DNA of 38,732 nucleotides from Planctomycetia bacterium (GCA_046094945.1 JBJTIJ010000336.1:1-38732); one strand, 5' to 3'. Shown: positions 1-8,525, counted from the first letter of the stretch. Notes: a model not told the origin generated them from the letters alone. Translations and numbers: made by a program.

Positions 1-40
1 CGCCGGCGCCGGCGCCCGGCACGGGCCGCGACCCGCCCCC

Positions 41-1450
41 ATGGCCAGCCCCGCCCGCCGCCAGCGGACCGTCGCGCGCGCGGGCGAGGTGGCCGGCGTG
101 GGCCTGCACTCGGGCGCGCGCACCAGCCTGCGCATCCAGCCCGCGCCCGCGGGCTCGGGCGTCACCTTCGTGCGCACCGACCTGGCCGGCCGGCCGCGCA
201 TCCCCGCCGACCACGCGCACATCGGCAAGCGCCCGCGCTGCACCTCCATCCAGGAGGGCTCGGCCGAGGTGCACACCATCGAGCACCTGCTGGCGGCGCT
301 GCTGGCGCTGCAGGTGGACAACCTCGAGGTCGAGATCGACGGCCCCGAGTGCCCCGGGCTGGACGGCTCGGCGCTCGAGTTCCTGGCGCTGGTGGAGCAC
401 TGCGGCAGCGTCGAGCAGGACGCGCTGCGCGAGCGGCTGGTGGTGGAGCGGCCGGTGACCGTGGCCGCCGGCGAGGGCGCGGCGGTCAGCGCGCTGCCGG
501 CGCGTGCCGGCCTCACGCTGGGCTACACGCTCGACTACGGGCCGGGCTTCCCCGGCCGCCAGCACGTCACCTTCCCGCTGGATGCCGAGACCTTCCGCCG
601 CGAGGTGGCGCCCGCGCGCACCTTCTGCATGGAGGCCGAGGCCGACGCGCTGCGCAAGGCCGGGCTGGGCAAGGGCGCCAGCACCGAGAACACGCTGGTG
701 CTGCAGCCGGGCGGCGGCGCGCGCGACACCACGCTGCGCTGGCCCGACGAGCCGGCGCGCCACAAGCTGCTGGACCTGATGGGCGACCTGTTCCTGCTGG
801 GGGCCGACCTGCAGGCCACCGTGCTGGCCCACCGCACCGGCCACGAGGCCAACCAGGACCTGGTGCGCGCGCTGCGCCGTGGCGAGGGCGCGGCCGCGGC
901 TGGCGCGCCCGCCGCGGCCGCCCCCGCCGGTGCACGCGCCGGTGCGCCCGGCGGCCCCGGCCCGGCGGCGCCCGCCGCCGACGGCCCCGGCCCCTTCGCG
1001 CCCCGGCCCGGCAGCATGTGCTCCACGCAGGTGCGCCGCGTGCTGCCGCACCGCTACCCCTTCCTGCTGGTGGACCGCGTGGTGGAGATGGAGGGCTTCC
1101 AGCGTGCGGTGGGCCTCAAGAACGTGAGCGTCAACGAGCCCTTCTTCCAGGGCCACTACCCGGCCGAGCCCATCATGCCGGGCGTGCTCATCGTCGAGGC
1201 CTTGGCCCAGCTGGCCGGCCTGCTGCTGCTGCGCAAGCTCGAGCTCTCGGGCAAGCTGCCCGTGCTGCTGAGCATCGACCGCGTGAAGTTCCGCCGTACC
1301 GTGGTGCCCGGCGACCAGCTGCGGCTGGAGGCCGAGACGCTGCGCCTGGCCGGTGGCCGGGGCCGCGTGCGCTGCCGGGCCTCGGTGGACGGCGCGCTCG
1401 TGGCCGAGGCGCGGCTCAACTTCGCCCTGACGGAGGCTTCGCAGGCATGA
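41..1450 (+). CDS. lpxC-fabZ: bifunctional UDP-3-O-acyl-N-acetylglucosamine deacetylase / 3-hydroxyacyl-ACP dehydratase (LpxC-FabZ fusion)
   Basis: Track ORF 41..1450. N-terminal ~290 aa look like LpxC (QRTV..GVGLHSG..VTFVRTDL, HKLLDLMGDL, AHRTGHEAN). A ~55-aa Ala/Pro/Gly linker follows. The C-terminal ~145 aa look like FabZ hot-dog fold (LPHRYPFLLVDRV, FFQGHYP..PIMPGVLIVEALAQ). The stop overlaps the lpxA start (ATGA at 1447-1450). Confidence 0.93.
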   Translation: MASPARRQRTVARAGEVAGVGLHSGARTSLRIQPAPAGSGVTFVRTDLAGRPRIPADHAHIGKRPRCTSIQEGSAEVHTIEHLLAALLALQVDNLEVEIDGPECPGLDGSALEFLALVEHCGSVEQDALRERLVVERPVTVAAGEGAAVSALPARAGLTLGYTLDYGPGFPGRQHVTFPLDAETFRREVAPARTFCMEAEADALRKAGLGKGASTENTLVLQPGGGARDTTLRWPDEPARHKLLDLMGDLFLLGADLQATVLAHRTGHEANQDLVRALRRGEGAAAAGAPAAAAPAGARAGAPGGPGPAAPAADGPGPFAPRPGSMCSTQVRRVLPHRYPFLLVDRVVEMEGFQRAVGLKNVSVNEPFFQGHYPAEPIMPGVLIVEALAQLAGLLLLRKLELSGKLPVLLSIDRVKFRRTVVPGDQLRLEAETLRLAGGRGRVRCRASVDGALVAEARLNFALTEASQA

Positions 1451-2280
1451 CGCGCGTGCACCCCACCGCGGTGGTCGACCCCCGGGCCACGCTGGCCCCC
1501 GACGTGGTCGTGGGCCCGCACGCCGTCGTGGACGGTCCCGTGCGGCTGGGCGCCGGCTGCGTGCTGCACGCGCAGGCGGTGGTCATGGGCCACACCACGC
1601 TGGGCCCCGGCAACGTGGTCTACCCCGGCGCCGTGCTGGGCGCCCCGCCGCAGGACCTCAAGCACGCCGGCGAGCCCACGCGGCTGGAGATCGGCGAGGG
1701 CAACCACTTCCGCGAGCACGTCACGGTGCACCCCGGCACGCTCAAGGGTGGGGGCCTCACGCGCGTGGGCAGCCACGGCCTCTTCATGGTGGGCAGCCAC
1801 GTGGCCCACGACTGCGTGGTGGGCGACCGCGTGGTGCTGGCCAACCACGTGCTGCTGGCCGGCCACATCCGCGTCGGCGACCGCGCCATCCTCAACGGGG
1901 CCGCGGCCTGCCACCACTTCACCACCGTGGGCCGGCTGGCCTACGTGGGCGGCCTCACGCGCATCACGCAGGACATCCACCCCTTCACCATCGTCGAGGG
2001 CCACCCGGCGCGCGTGCGCGGCGTCAACACGGTGGGCATGCAGCGCGCGGGCCTCTCCGCGCCCGCCATCGAGCGCGTCGAGCAGGCCGTGCGGCGCGTG
2101 TTCCTCTCCAAGCGCGAGGCGGCCAGCGAGGCGCTGGCGCGCCTCGAGCAGGAGTGCGCCGACGAGCCGCTGGTGATGGAGTTCGTGGCCAGCGTGCGGG
2201 CCAGCGAGCGGGGCCGGCAGGGCCGGGCCGCCGAGCCGCTGCGGGGGGCGCCCGCGGCCGCCCCCGCGCGGCCGTCGTAA
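1447..2280 (+). CDS. lpxA: acyl-ACP--UDP-N-acetylglucosamine O-acyltransferase (LpxA)
   Basis: In-frame ATG at 1447 inside track ORF 349..2280. MTRVHPTAVVDPRATLAPDVVVGPHAVVDG... is hexapeptide-repeat beta-helix, followed by the LpxA-type C-terminal helical domain. The upstream part of the track ORF overlaps lpxC-fabZ and is an R/A/G-rich shadow frame. TAA stop. Confidence 0.9.
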   Translation: MTRVHPTAVVDPRATLAPDVVVGPHAVVDGPVRLGAGCVLHAQAVVMGHTTLGPGNVVYPGAVLGAPPQDLKHAGEPTRLEIGEGNHFREHVTVHPGTLKGGGLTRVGSHGLFMVGSHVAHDCVVGDRVVLANHVLLAGHIRVGDRAILNGAAACHHFTTVGRLAYVGGLTRITQDIHPFTIVEGHPARVRGVNTVGMQRAGLSAPAIERVEQAVRRVFLSKREAASEALARLEQECADEPLVMEFVASVRASERGRQGRAAEPLRGAPAAAPARPS

Positions 2281-2318
2281 GTCGTTTCCCGACAAGCCTC
2301 TAGGCGCTCGCGCTTGCC

Positions 2319-2347
2319 TTGACCGCCTCCCGGGCAGGGCCTACCAT
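2319..2347 (+). promoter_or_regulatory. sigma70-like promoter candidate for rpsB-tsf (TTGACC-17 nt-TACCAT)
   Basis: TTGACC at 2319-2324, a 17-nt spacer, then TACCAT at 2342-2347. It lies in the relatively AT-richer lpxA-rpsB spacer, about 110 nt upstream of the rpsB start. Motif match only. Confidence 0.35.
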
Positions 2348-2457
2348 CAGCGGTTCGCCCCGGGTCGAGCGACCCGCGGCGCGGGCCGGCCCCGGGCCAG
2401 CCCGTCCCTTGCCTCTTGCCTTGCCTCCCGCCGCGGCGGGGGCTCCTGGAGTCCGGC

Positions 2458-3357
2458 TTGTCGCAGACCATCGCTTCCGCCCCTGCCCAGCTCTCCGTCG
2501 ACGCGCTGATCGAGAACGGCGTCCACTTCGGCCACCGCGCGAGCCGGTGGAACCCGAAGATGCGGCCCTTCATCCACAGCAAGCGCAACTCGATCCACAT
2601 CATCGACCTGCGCCAGACGGTGCGCGGCCTGGTGCGCGCCAGCCACTTCCTCAAGGGCCTTTCGAGCGAGGGCGGCAAGATCCTGCTGGTGGGCACGAAG
2701 CGCTCGGCCAAGGAGGCCGTGCGCGCGGTCGCCCAGCGCACCAAGATGCCCTACGTGACGGAGCGCTGGCTGGGCGGCACGCTCACCAACTTCCGCACCA
2801 TCCGCACGCGCCTGCAGCGCCTGGCCGAGCTCGAGGCCGCCGAGGCCGCGCCCGACTTCGCCGAGCAGAGCAAGAAGGCCCAGGCCCGCCTGCGCACCGA
2901 GAAGAAGAAGATCCTCAAGAACCTCGAGGGCGTGCGCGACCTCACCGACCTGCCGGCGGCCCTGCTGGTGGTCGACCCGCGCAACGAGCACATCGCGGTG
3001 GACGAGGCCAACAAGATGCGCATCCCGGTGATCGCGCTGCTGGACACCGACTGCGACCCCGATCCCATCGACATCCTGATCCCCGGCAACGACGACGCCA
3101 TGCGCTCGGTGAGCCTCATCCTCGGCAAGGCCGGCGATGCCATCGAGGAGGGCGTGAAGGCCTGGGGCCTGGTCGAGGCCGAGCGCCAGAAGGCCGAGGC
3201 CGAGCGCCGCCGCGAGGACGAGGCCAAGCGCGAGCAGGAGCGCCAGCGCAAGCAGGTCGAGAACGAGTGGCAGAAGACGCTGCGCGCCGAGGCCGACAAG
3301 CGTCGGGCCGAGGGCGAGGCCCCGGCTGCCCCGGCGGGCGAGGCCCCCCAGGCCTAG
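2458..3357 (+). CDS. rpsB: 30S ribosomal protein S2 with charged C-terminal extension
   Basis: Track ORF 2416..3357. LSVDALIENGVHFGHRASRWNPKMRPFIH... is the S2 signature. I prefer TTG 2458 because GGAG (2448-2451) sits 6 nt upstream; TTG 2416 is the track alternative. The tail EAERQKAEAERRREDEAKREQERQRK... is an extension beyond canonical S2. Confidence 0.9.
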   Translation: MSQTIASAPAQLSVDALIENGVHFGHRASRWNPKMRPFIHSKRNSIHIIDLRQTVRGLVRASHFLKGLSSEGGKILLVGTKRSAKEAVRAVAQRTKMPYVTERWLGGTLTNFRTIRTRLQRLAELEAAEAAPDFAEQSKKAQARLRTEKKKILKNLEGVRDLTDLPAALLVVDPRNEHIAVDEANKMRIPVIALLDTDCDPDPIDILIPGNDDAMRSVSLILGKAGDAIEEGVKAWGLVEAERQKAEAERRREDEAKREQERQRKQVENEWQKTLRAEADKRRAEGEAPAAPAGEAPQA

Positions 3358-3468
3358 CCCGGCTGGCCGGGGGCCCCCGCGGCCGCCGGCCGGCGTGCGT
3401 CCCGTCCATCCCTGTCCCTTCCCCGTGTCCCACCCGGGCCGCGCGCGGCGCGGCCGAGCGAGGAGCCC

Positions 3469-4326
3469 ATGGCCGACATCAACCCCAAGCTCGTGATGGA
3501 CCTGCGGGCCGCCACCGGCCTGCCCATGATGCAGTGCAAGCAGGCACTGGTCGCCGCCGGCGGCAGCATGGAGAAGGCCATCGACGACCTGCGCAAGGCG
3601 GGCCTCAAGGCCGCGGCCAGCAAGGCCGGCCGCACCATGGCCGAGGGCGTGGTGCGCGTCAAGGCCGAGGGCCGCCCCCCCACGGCCGTGCAGGTGCGCT
3701 GCGAGACCGAGCCGGTGCGCAACACCGCCGACTTCAAGGCCTTCGCCGACAAGGTGCTGGCCATCGCCCACGCGCGCAAGCCCGCCGACGTGGCCGCGCT
3801 CAAGGCCGCCCCGTGGGGCGGGCCCGAGGGCGCCACGGTGGGCGACGCGCTCGCCTCGCTGATCGCCAAGATCGGCGAGAACATGGACCTAGGCGCCGTG
3901 ACGGCCTGGACGGCCGGCCCGGGCGAGCAGCTGTGCTCCTACGTGCACCACGACGACCGCACCGCAGCGCTGGCGCGCATCAGCGTGGCCAAGGCCGGCC
4001 CCGAGGTGGACGAGGTGGGCAAGCAGCTCTGCCAGCACATCGTGTTCAGCAAGCCCGTGGCCATCTCGCGCGAGCAGATCCCCGCCGAGCAGGTGGCCAA
4101 GGAGCGCGAGATCCTGGCCGCGCAGGTGGCGCAGGACCCGAAGATGGCCGGCAAGCCCGCCCAGGTGATCGACAACGTGGTCAAGGGCAAGGTCGAGGCC
4201 TTCTTCAAGGAGAAGGTGCTGCCCGACCAGGGCTGGTACGTGGACGACAAGCAGAGCGTGGCCGCGGTGCTCAAGGCGCGCGGCGCGGCGGTCAAGGAGT
4301 TCGTCCTGCACATGGCCGGCGCCTGA
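3469..4326 (+). CDS. tsf: translation elongation factor Ts
   Basis: Track ORF. MADINPKLVMDLRAATGLPMMQCKQALVAAGGSMEKAIDDLRKAGL is the EF-Ts UBA-like N-terminus. GGAG lies upstream. The stop overlaps the pyrH start (TGATG). Confidence 0.95.
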   Translation: MADINPKLVMDLRAATGLPMMQCKQALVAAGGSMEKAIDDLRKAGLKAAASKAGRTMAEGVVRVKAEGRPPTAVQVRCETEPVRNTADFKAFADKVLAIAHARKPADVAALKAAPWGGPEGATVGDALASLIAKIGENMDLGAVTAWTAGPGEQLCSYVHHDDRTAALARISVAKAGPEVDEVGKQLCQHIVFSKPVAISREQIPAEQVAKEREILAAQVAQDPKMAGKPAQVIDNVVKGKVEAFFKEKVLPDQGWYVDDKQSVAAVLKARGAAVKEFVLHMAGA

Positions 4327-5090
4327 TGCCCGGACGCCCCGCCCCTGCCGCCGGCAGCGCCCGCGCCACGCCGCGCTGGAAGCGCATCCTGCTGAAGGTG
4401 TCGGGCGAGGCGTTTGGCGACGGGGCCGGCCGCGGGCTGGACGGGCCCAACCTCGCCCTGCTGGCCGACGAGATCGTGGCCGCGCACCGCCTGGGCATCG
4501 AGGTGGCGGTGGTCAACGGCGGCGGCAACATCCTGCGCGGGGCCGAGGCCCGGCTCGACGGGGTCACGCGCGCCACGGCCGACACCATGGGCATGCTGGC
4601 CACGGTGGTGAACGCGCTGGCCCTGCAGGACGTGATCGAGTCCAAGGGCGTGGCCACGCGCGTGCTCTCGGCCATCGAGATGCGCACGGTGGCCGAGCCC
4701 TACATCCGCCGGCGCGCCATGCGCCACATGGAGAAGGGCCGCATCGTGATCCTGGCCGGCGGCTCGGGCCACCCGTACTTCAGCACCGACACCACCGCGG
4801 CCCTGCGCGGGCTGGAGGTGGGCGCCGAGGTGCTGCTCAAGGGCACCAAGGTGGACGGCGTCTACGACAAGGACCCCAAGCGGTCCGGCGACGCCAAGCG
4901 CTTCGAGCGCATCTCCTTCGAGGAGGTGTACGCCAAGCGCCTGAAGGTGATGGACCGCACGGCCATCACCATGTGCCAGGAGAACCGCCTGCCCATCGTC
5001 GTGTTCGACATGGGCGTGACGGGCAACCTCGTGCGCCTGCTGGGCGGCGAGGACGTGGGCACGCTGGTGGGCTTCGACGCGGAGGGCTAG
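4326..5090 (+). CDS. pyrH: UMP kinase
   Basis: In-frame ATG 4326 within the giant track ORF 2319..5090. KRILLKVSGEAFG...VVNGGGNILRG...ILAGGSGHPYFSTDTTAALRG..KGTKVDGVYDKDP are PyrH motifs. Everything upstream in that ORF is shadow frame. Confidence 0.93.
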   Translation: MPGRPAPAAGSARATPRWKRILLKVSGEAFGDGAGRGLDGPNLALLADEIVAAHRLGIEVAVVNGGGNILRGAEARLDGVTRATADTMGMLATVVNALALQDVIESKGVATRVLSAIEMRTVAEPYIRRRAMRHMEKGRIVILAGGSGHPYFSTDTTAALRGLEVGAEVLLKGTKVDGVYDKDPKRSGDAKRFERISFEEVYAKRLKVMDRTAITMCQENRLPIVVFDMGVTGNLVRLLGGEDVGTLVGFDAEG

Positions 5091-5092
5091 CC

Positions 5093-5653
5093 ATGGGCGC
5101 GGACGAGATCCTGATGGGCACCGAGGAGCGGCTCGAGGCCGCCGTCAACCACCTCGGGGGGCAGCTCAAGGGCGTGCGCACCGGCCGCGCCTCGCCCGCG
5201 CTGGTGAGCGACCTGCAGGTCAACGCCTACGAGTCGATGACGCCGCTGTCGCAGCTGGGCCAGATCGGCTGCCCCGAGCCGCGCCAGATCCTGATCAAGC
5301 CCTACGACGCCAGCATCATCAAGGCCATCGAGAAGGCCATCCAGGCCACCAACCTCGGCCTCAACCCCAGCAGCGACGGCAAGGTGATCCGGCTGGTGCT
5401 GCCGCCGCTGTCCGAGGAGCGCCGCCGCCAGCTGGGCAAGGTGGTCAAGGACCACGGCGAGGAGTGCCTCGTGGCGCTGCGCAACGTGCGCCGCGACGGC
5501 AACAAGGACGCCGACCAGGCGCTCAAGGACGGCGAGCTCACCGAGGACGCGCACGCCGACCTCAAGGAGCAGGTGCAGGAGCTGCTCAAGGCTTACGAGG
5601 GCAAGGTCAAGGAGCTCGTGGACAAGAAGACCGCCGAGCTGATGGAGATCTAG
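5093..5653 (+). CDS. frr: ribosome recycling factor
   Basis: In-frame ATG 5093 within track ORF 4973..5653, 2 nt after the pyrH stop. LKGVRTGRASPALVSDLQVNAYES...IRLVLPPLSEERRRQL..VRRDGNKD is typical RRF. Confidence 0.95.
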   Translation: MGADEILMGTEERLEAAVNHLGGQLKGVRTGRASPALVSDLQVNAYESMTPLSQLGQIGCPEPRQILIKPYDASIIKAIEKAIQATNLGLNPSSDGKVIRLVLPPLSEERRRQLGKVVKDHGEECLVALRNVRRDGNKDADQALKDGELTEDAHADLKEQVQELLKAYEGKVKELVDKKTAELMEI

Positions 5654-5669
5654 GCCGCGCGCCGGCCTA
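5651..5669. terminator. hairpin containing both convergent stop codons (TAGGCCG-cgcgc-CGGCCTA)
   Basis: A perfect 7-bp inverted repeat with a 5-nt loop. The frr TAG (5651-5653) and the minus-strand TAG (5667-5669) form the base of the stem. No U-tract, so terminator function is uncertain. Confidence 0.3.
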
Positions 5670-6944
5670 GCGGCTGGCCGGCGTGGCCGGTGCGGCGGGG
5701 GCCGCGGGTGCGGCGGCCGGGGCCGCGGAGAGGTCCCAGGCCAGCAGCCAGCGGCTGCCGGCCCGGCGGTAGCCCTGCGCCAGCAGGCGTCGCTCCAGGT
5801 CGGGCAGGTGCGCCGCGCCGTAGAAGATGGCCACGCTGCGCGCCGAGGCGGGCACCTGCGCGAGCCGCTCCAGCGCCACGGCGTTGCGCCGCTCGACGAT
5901 CAGCTCGCTGGCCTCGCTGCCCAGCAGGGCGCCCATGCGCGGCCCCATGCTGCCCATCATCCGGCCCAGCATCGACTTGAGGCTGCGGCGCACGCCGGGG
6001 CCGCGCCGCGGGTCGTCGATGCCCATGCCGCGCAGCAGGCCCTCGAGCAGCTTCACCTGCATGCCCAGCGCGGGGTCGGGCCCCGGGGCCGGCGCCCCGG
6101 CCGGGGATGGTGCACTTCCCTGAGGTGCACTGCCTTGAGGTGCACTGCCTTGGGGTGCACTGCCTTGGGGTGCACTGCCGGCAGGGCCGCTGCCCTGCCC
6201 CGGGCCCGTGCCGGGCGCCGTGCCCGCCGCGGCGGGCGCCCGGCCCGGCAGGCCCAGCATGCGCGTGAGCGGCGTGCTGCCCAGCGACTCGGCCGCCGCC
6301 ATGAACTGCTCCACCGTCATGTCGGCATGCACGAAGTGGGGGCGGTCGTAGGCGATGCCCTCCATCTGGTGCGCGAAGCCAAACCAGCCGGCCATGCGGC
6401 GCTGGAAGTCGCGCAGCGGGTGCTCGCCTGCGTCGGCCGGCTGGGCCTCGACGTCGTCCACGCCCTCGGGCTTGACCAGCTCGTAGAGCACGAGGTCGGC
6501 AGCCTCCAGCAGGCGCTGCACCTCGCGGTAGTAGGCCATGTCGGCGATGTGCACGGCGCCCACGAGGTCCACGCGCCGGCCGCTGGCCTCGTGCACGAGG
6601 TGCAGCAGCGCCACCTGCAGCCCCTCGGGCGCGCCCTGCCCGCTGCGGAAGCGCACCACCTGCTCGCCCTGCGGCGCCTCGGCGTCGGGCAGCACCTGCT
6701 GCACGTCGGCGGCCGCCAGCACCAGCTCCTGCCCGGCGGGCAGCAGCACGCGCAGCGTGGCCGCGGGGCCCTCGCCCGTGCGCGCGAGCACCACGCCCTC
6801 GAGCCGCGTGCCGCCCTGCAGCACCAGCGTGTCGGCCGCGGCCGGCAGGGGGCGGGCCAGGGTGGTGCAGGCCAGCGCGGCGGCCAGCACGGCGCATGCG
6901 CGGCGCAGCAGGCGGCGCCGCAGGAGGCGCGTGGGGCCGGTCAT
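5667..6944 (-). CDS. secreted TraB/GumN (Tiki-like) family protein with low-complexity insert
   Basis: Track ORF. It has an N-terminal signal-like segment (RRRLLRRACAVLAAALA). LVGAVHIADMAYYREV..ADLVLYELV and the C-terminal AIFYGAAHLPDLERRLLAQGY resemble the two conserved blocks of the TraB/GumN family. The centre is Gly/Pro/Ala-rich with GSAPQ x5. Confidence 0.7.
   Translation of the reverse strand: MTGPTRLLRRRLLRRACAVLAAALACTTLARPLPAAADTLVLQGGTRLEGVVLARTGEGPAATLRVLLPAGQELVLAAADVQQVLPDAEAPQGEQVVRFRSGQGAPEGLQVALLHLVHEASGRRVDLVGAVHIADMAYYREVQRLLEAADLVLYELVKPEGVDDVEAQPADAGEHPLRDFQRRMAGWFGFAHQMEGIAYDRPHFVHADMTVEQFMAAAESLGSTPLTRMLGLPGRAPAAAGTAPGTGPGQGSGPAGSAPQGSAPQGSAPQGSAPQGSAPSPAGAPAPGPDPALGMQVKLLEGLLRGMGIDDPRRGPGVRRSLKSMLGRMMGSMGPRMGALLGSEASELIVERRNAVALERLAQVPASARSVAIFYGAAHLPDLERRLLAQGYRRAGSRWLLAWDLSAAPAAAPAAPAAPATPASR
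6109..6183. repeat. 15-bp tandem repeat x5 (ggtgcactgccttgg), in frame inside the TraB/GumN-like gene
   Basis: Copies at 6109, 6124, 6139, 6154 and 6169. The middle three are near-identical and the outer two diverge. The repeat encodes GSAPQ repeats on the minus strand. Each unit contains GTGCAC. Confidence 0.95.
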
Positions 6945-6958
6945 GCGGCCCGCTGCGC

Positions 6959-7519
6959 CTAGAGCTTGCGCGCCGCGGCGTCGAGCTCGGCCAGCCGCGC
7001 GGCGTCAAAGCCCCGGTCGTGCAGCCACACCACCGTGCCCTGCCGGTCCAGCAGCAGCACGCGGCCCAGCCGCGGGTTGTCGTTGCCCAGGAAGGCCACC
7101 AGCGGGTCGGCCGAGGCACCCCACAGCGTCATCACGCTGCCCCACTGGGGCTTGGCGATGCCGTTGCGCATGCCGCCGTCGATCATGCCGCTGAAGGTGC
7201 TCCAGAAGCGGCTGGGGATGGTCGGCAGCTCGATCACGCGCGCGGGCGTGCCTCGCTCCTTGAGGCCGGCCAGCCACGGGTCGATGTCTTCTTGCGCCGC
7301 CTGCACGTAGCCCACGAGGATCACGGCCGGCTGGCCCGCGAGGTCGTGCGGCAGCGTCATGGCCGTGCCGTCGAGCGCCTTGCCCGACACGCTGGGCAGG
7401 CGCTGGCCCAGCGGGCTGGCCTTGGGGGCGGGCACGTGGCGCGGCGCCTGGCAGCCCACCAGCACGAGGCCAGCGGCCACCAGCAGCAGCACCACCACGA
7501 GCAGGGTCTTGAGCAGCAT
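6959..7519 (-). CDS. lipoprotein, possibly thioredoxin-like fold without CXXC
   Basis: In-frame ATG 7519 inside track ORF 6959..8077. MLLKTLLVVVLLLVAAGLVLVGC has a lipobox (LVGC). The rest (GQPAVILVGY..., RVLLLDRQGTVVWLHDRG) resembles TlpA/AhpC-type layout, but the lipobox Cys is the only Cys. It ends 14 nt upstream of the TraB-like gene. Confidence 0.65.
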   Translation of the reverse strand: MLLKTLLVVVLLLVAAGLVLVGCQAPRHVPAPKASPLGQRLPSVSGKALDGTAMTLPHDLAGQPAVILVGYVQAAQEDIDPWLAGLKERGTPARVIELPTIPSRFWSTFSGMIDGGMRNGIAKPQWGSVMTLWGASADPLVAFLGNDNPRLGRVLLLDRQGTVVWLHDRGFDAARLAELDAAARKL

Positions 7520-7583
7520 GCGCACGCGCCTCCGGTGCCCCGAGGCTACCCGAGGGCCGTGCCCCGGGGCGTGCCGCGCGGGG

Positions 7584-7973
7584 CTAGGGCGTCCCGGGCC
7601 GCGCTGGGCTGGTGGCGACGGGCGCGGCCAGGGCGAGCAAGAGCACTTCCAGCACCCACATGCCGCGAGCGTTGCCCAGGCTCGCGAAGCCCAGCTGCAG
7701 GGCCGCCGTGCTGCGCAGCACGACGATGCCCGCATACAGGCACAGTGCGAACAGCAGGCCGGCGCTGCGCAGCGCGGGGCGCAGCGCGGCCACGGCGAAG
7801 AAGGCCCCCAGGCCCAGCTCCAGCCCGCCGTAGACAGCCAGCCACTCCGACTGGCCCGCCGGCCCCGTGGGCTGCAGGCCCACGAAGCGCGCGGTGGTGG
7901 CGGGGTCGAGGGCGCACCACAGGCCCAGCGCCACGTACAGCACGGCGTTGAGGGCGAGGCAGGCCACGGCCAT
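7584..7973 (-). CDS. small integral membrane protein (DUF4345-like, about 4 TM helices)
   Basis: Track ORF of 129 aa, hydrophobic throughout. The motif SEWLAVYGGLELGLGAFF resembles the E-x-R/L-x-x-YGG block I associate with DUF4345. The family assignment is from memory. Confidence 0.6.
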   Translation of the reverse strand: MAVACLALNAVLYVALGLWCALDPATTARFVGLQPTGPAGQSEWLAVYGGLELGLGAFFAVAALRPALRSAGLLFALCLYAGIVVLRSTAALQLGFASLGNARGMWVLEVLLLALAAPVATSPARPGTP

Positions 7974-8075
7974 GGGGGCAGTCTACGCGGCGCGCACGGC
8001 CTCGAGGCCGCCCGCGGCGCGCGGGGCCTGCTTGGTGCCGCGGTCGCGGCGGATAGGGTGCACGCGGAGGCCGCC

Positions 8076-8525
8076 ATGACCGACCTGCGCGCCGAGGACG
8101 TGATCGCTGCGCTGGGCCTCGAGCCGCACCCGGAGGGGGGCTGCTACCGCGAGACGTGGCGCGAGCCTGCCGCCGGCGGCGGCCGCGCGCAGGCCACCTC
8201 GATCTACTACCTGCTGCGGGCCGGCGAGCGCTCGGCCTGGCACCAGGTGGATGCGGCCGAGCTGTGGTGCTTCCACGCCGGTGCGCCGCTGGAGCTCTCG
8301 CTGTGGGCCGAGGGCGAGCCCGGCGTCGAGCGCGCCACGCTGGGCATGGACCTCGCCGCAGGCCAGCGCCCGCAGGCGCTGGTGGCGCCGCGGCGCTGGC
8401 AGGCCGCCCGCAGCCTGGGCGCCTGGACGCTGGTGGGGGCCACCGTGGCGCCCGGCTTCGAGTTCGCCGGCTTTCGCCTGGCCCCCGCGGGCTGGGAGCC
8501 GCCGCGTGGGACGCCCGCCGCCTAG
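8076..8525 (+). CDS. cupin-fold protein, DUF985 family
   Basis: In-frame ATG 8076 within track ORF 7359..8525. LGLEPHPEGGCYRETWR...SIYYLLRAGERSAWHQVDAAELWCFHAGAPLEL...TLVGATVAPGFEFAGFRL is the DUF985/Cupin_5 pattern. Confidence 0.8.
   Translation: MTDLRAEDVIAALGLEPHPEGGCYRETWREPAAGGGRAQATSIYYLLRAGERSAWHQVDAAELWCFHAGAPLELSLWAEGEPGVERATLGMDLAAGQRPQALVAPRRWQAARSLGAWTLVGATVAPGFEFAGFRLAPAGWEPPRGTPAA

Noticed and set aside
349-5090. N-terminal extensions of track ORFs 349..2280, 2319..5090, 4973..5653 and similar cases (6959..8077, 13882..15597, 14637..15887, 21634..23826, 28165..30831, 33503..34204, 36284..38518).
   Set aside because: Only the C-terminal parts match known families. Internal ATG/GTG starts coincide with RBS-like GGAG motifs or 1-4 bp coupling overlaps with the preceding gene. 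The extensions overlap other well-supported genes.
6109-6183. Whether the short tandem repeats (15-bp x5 here, 11-bp x3 at 25225, 12-bp pairs at 28099, 18-bp x3 at 24083) could be CRISPR arrays.
   Set aside because: The repeats are directly adjacent with no unique spacers. The units are far shorter than CRISPR repeats, and there are no cas genes.
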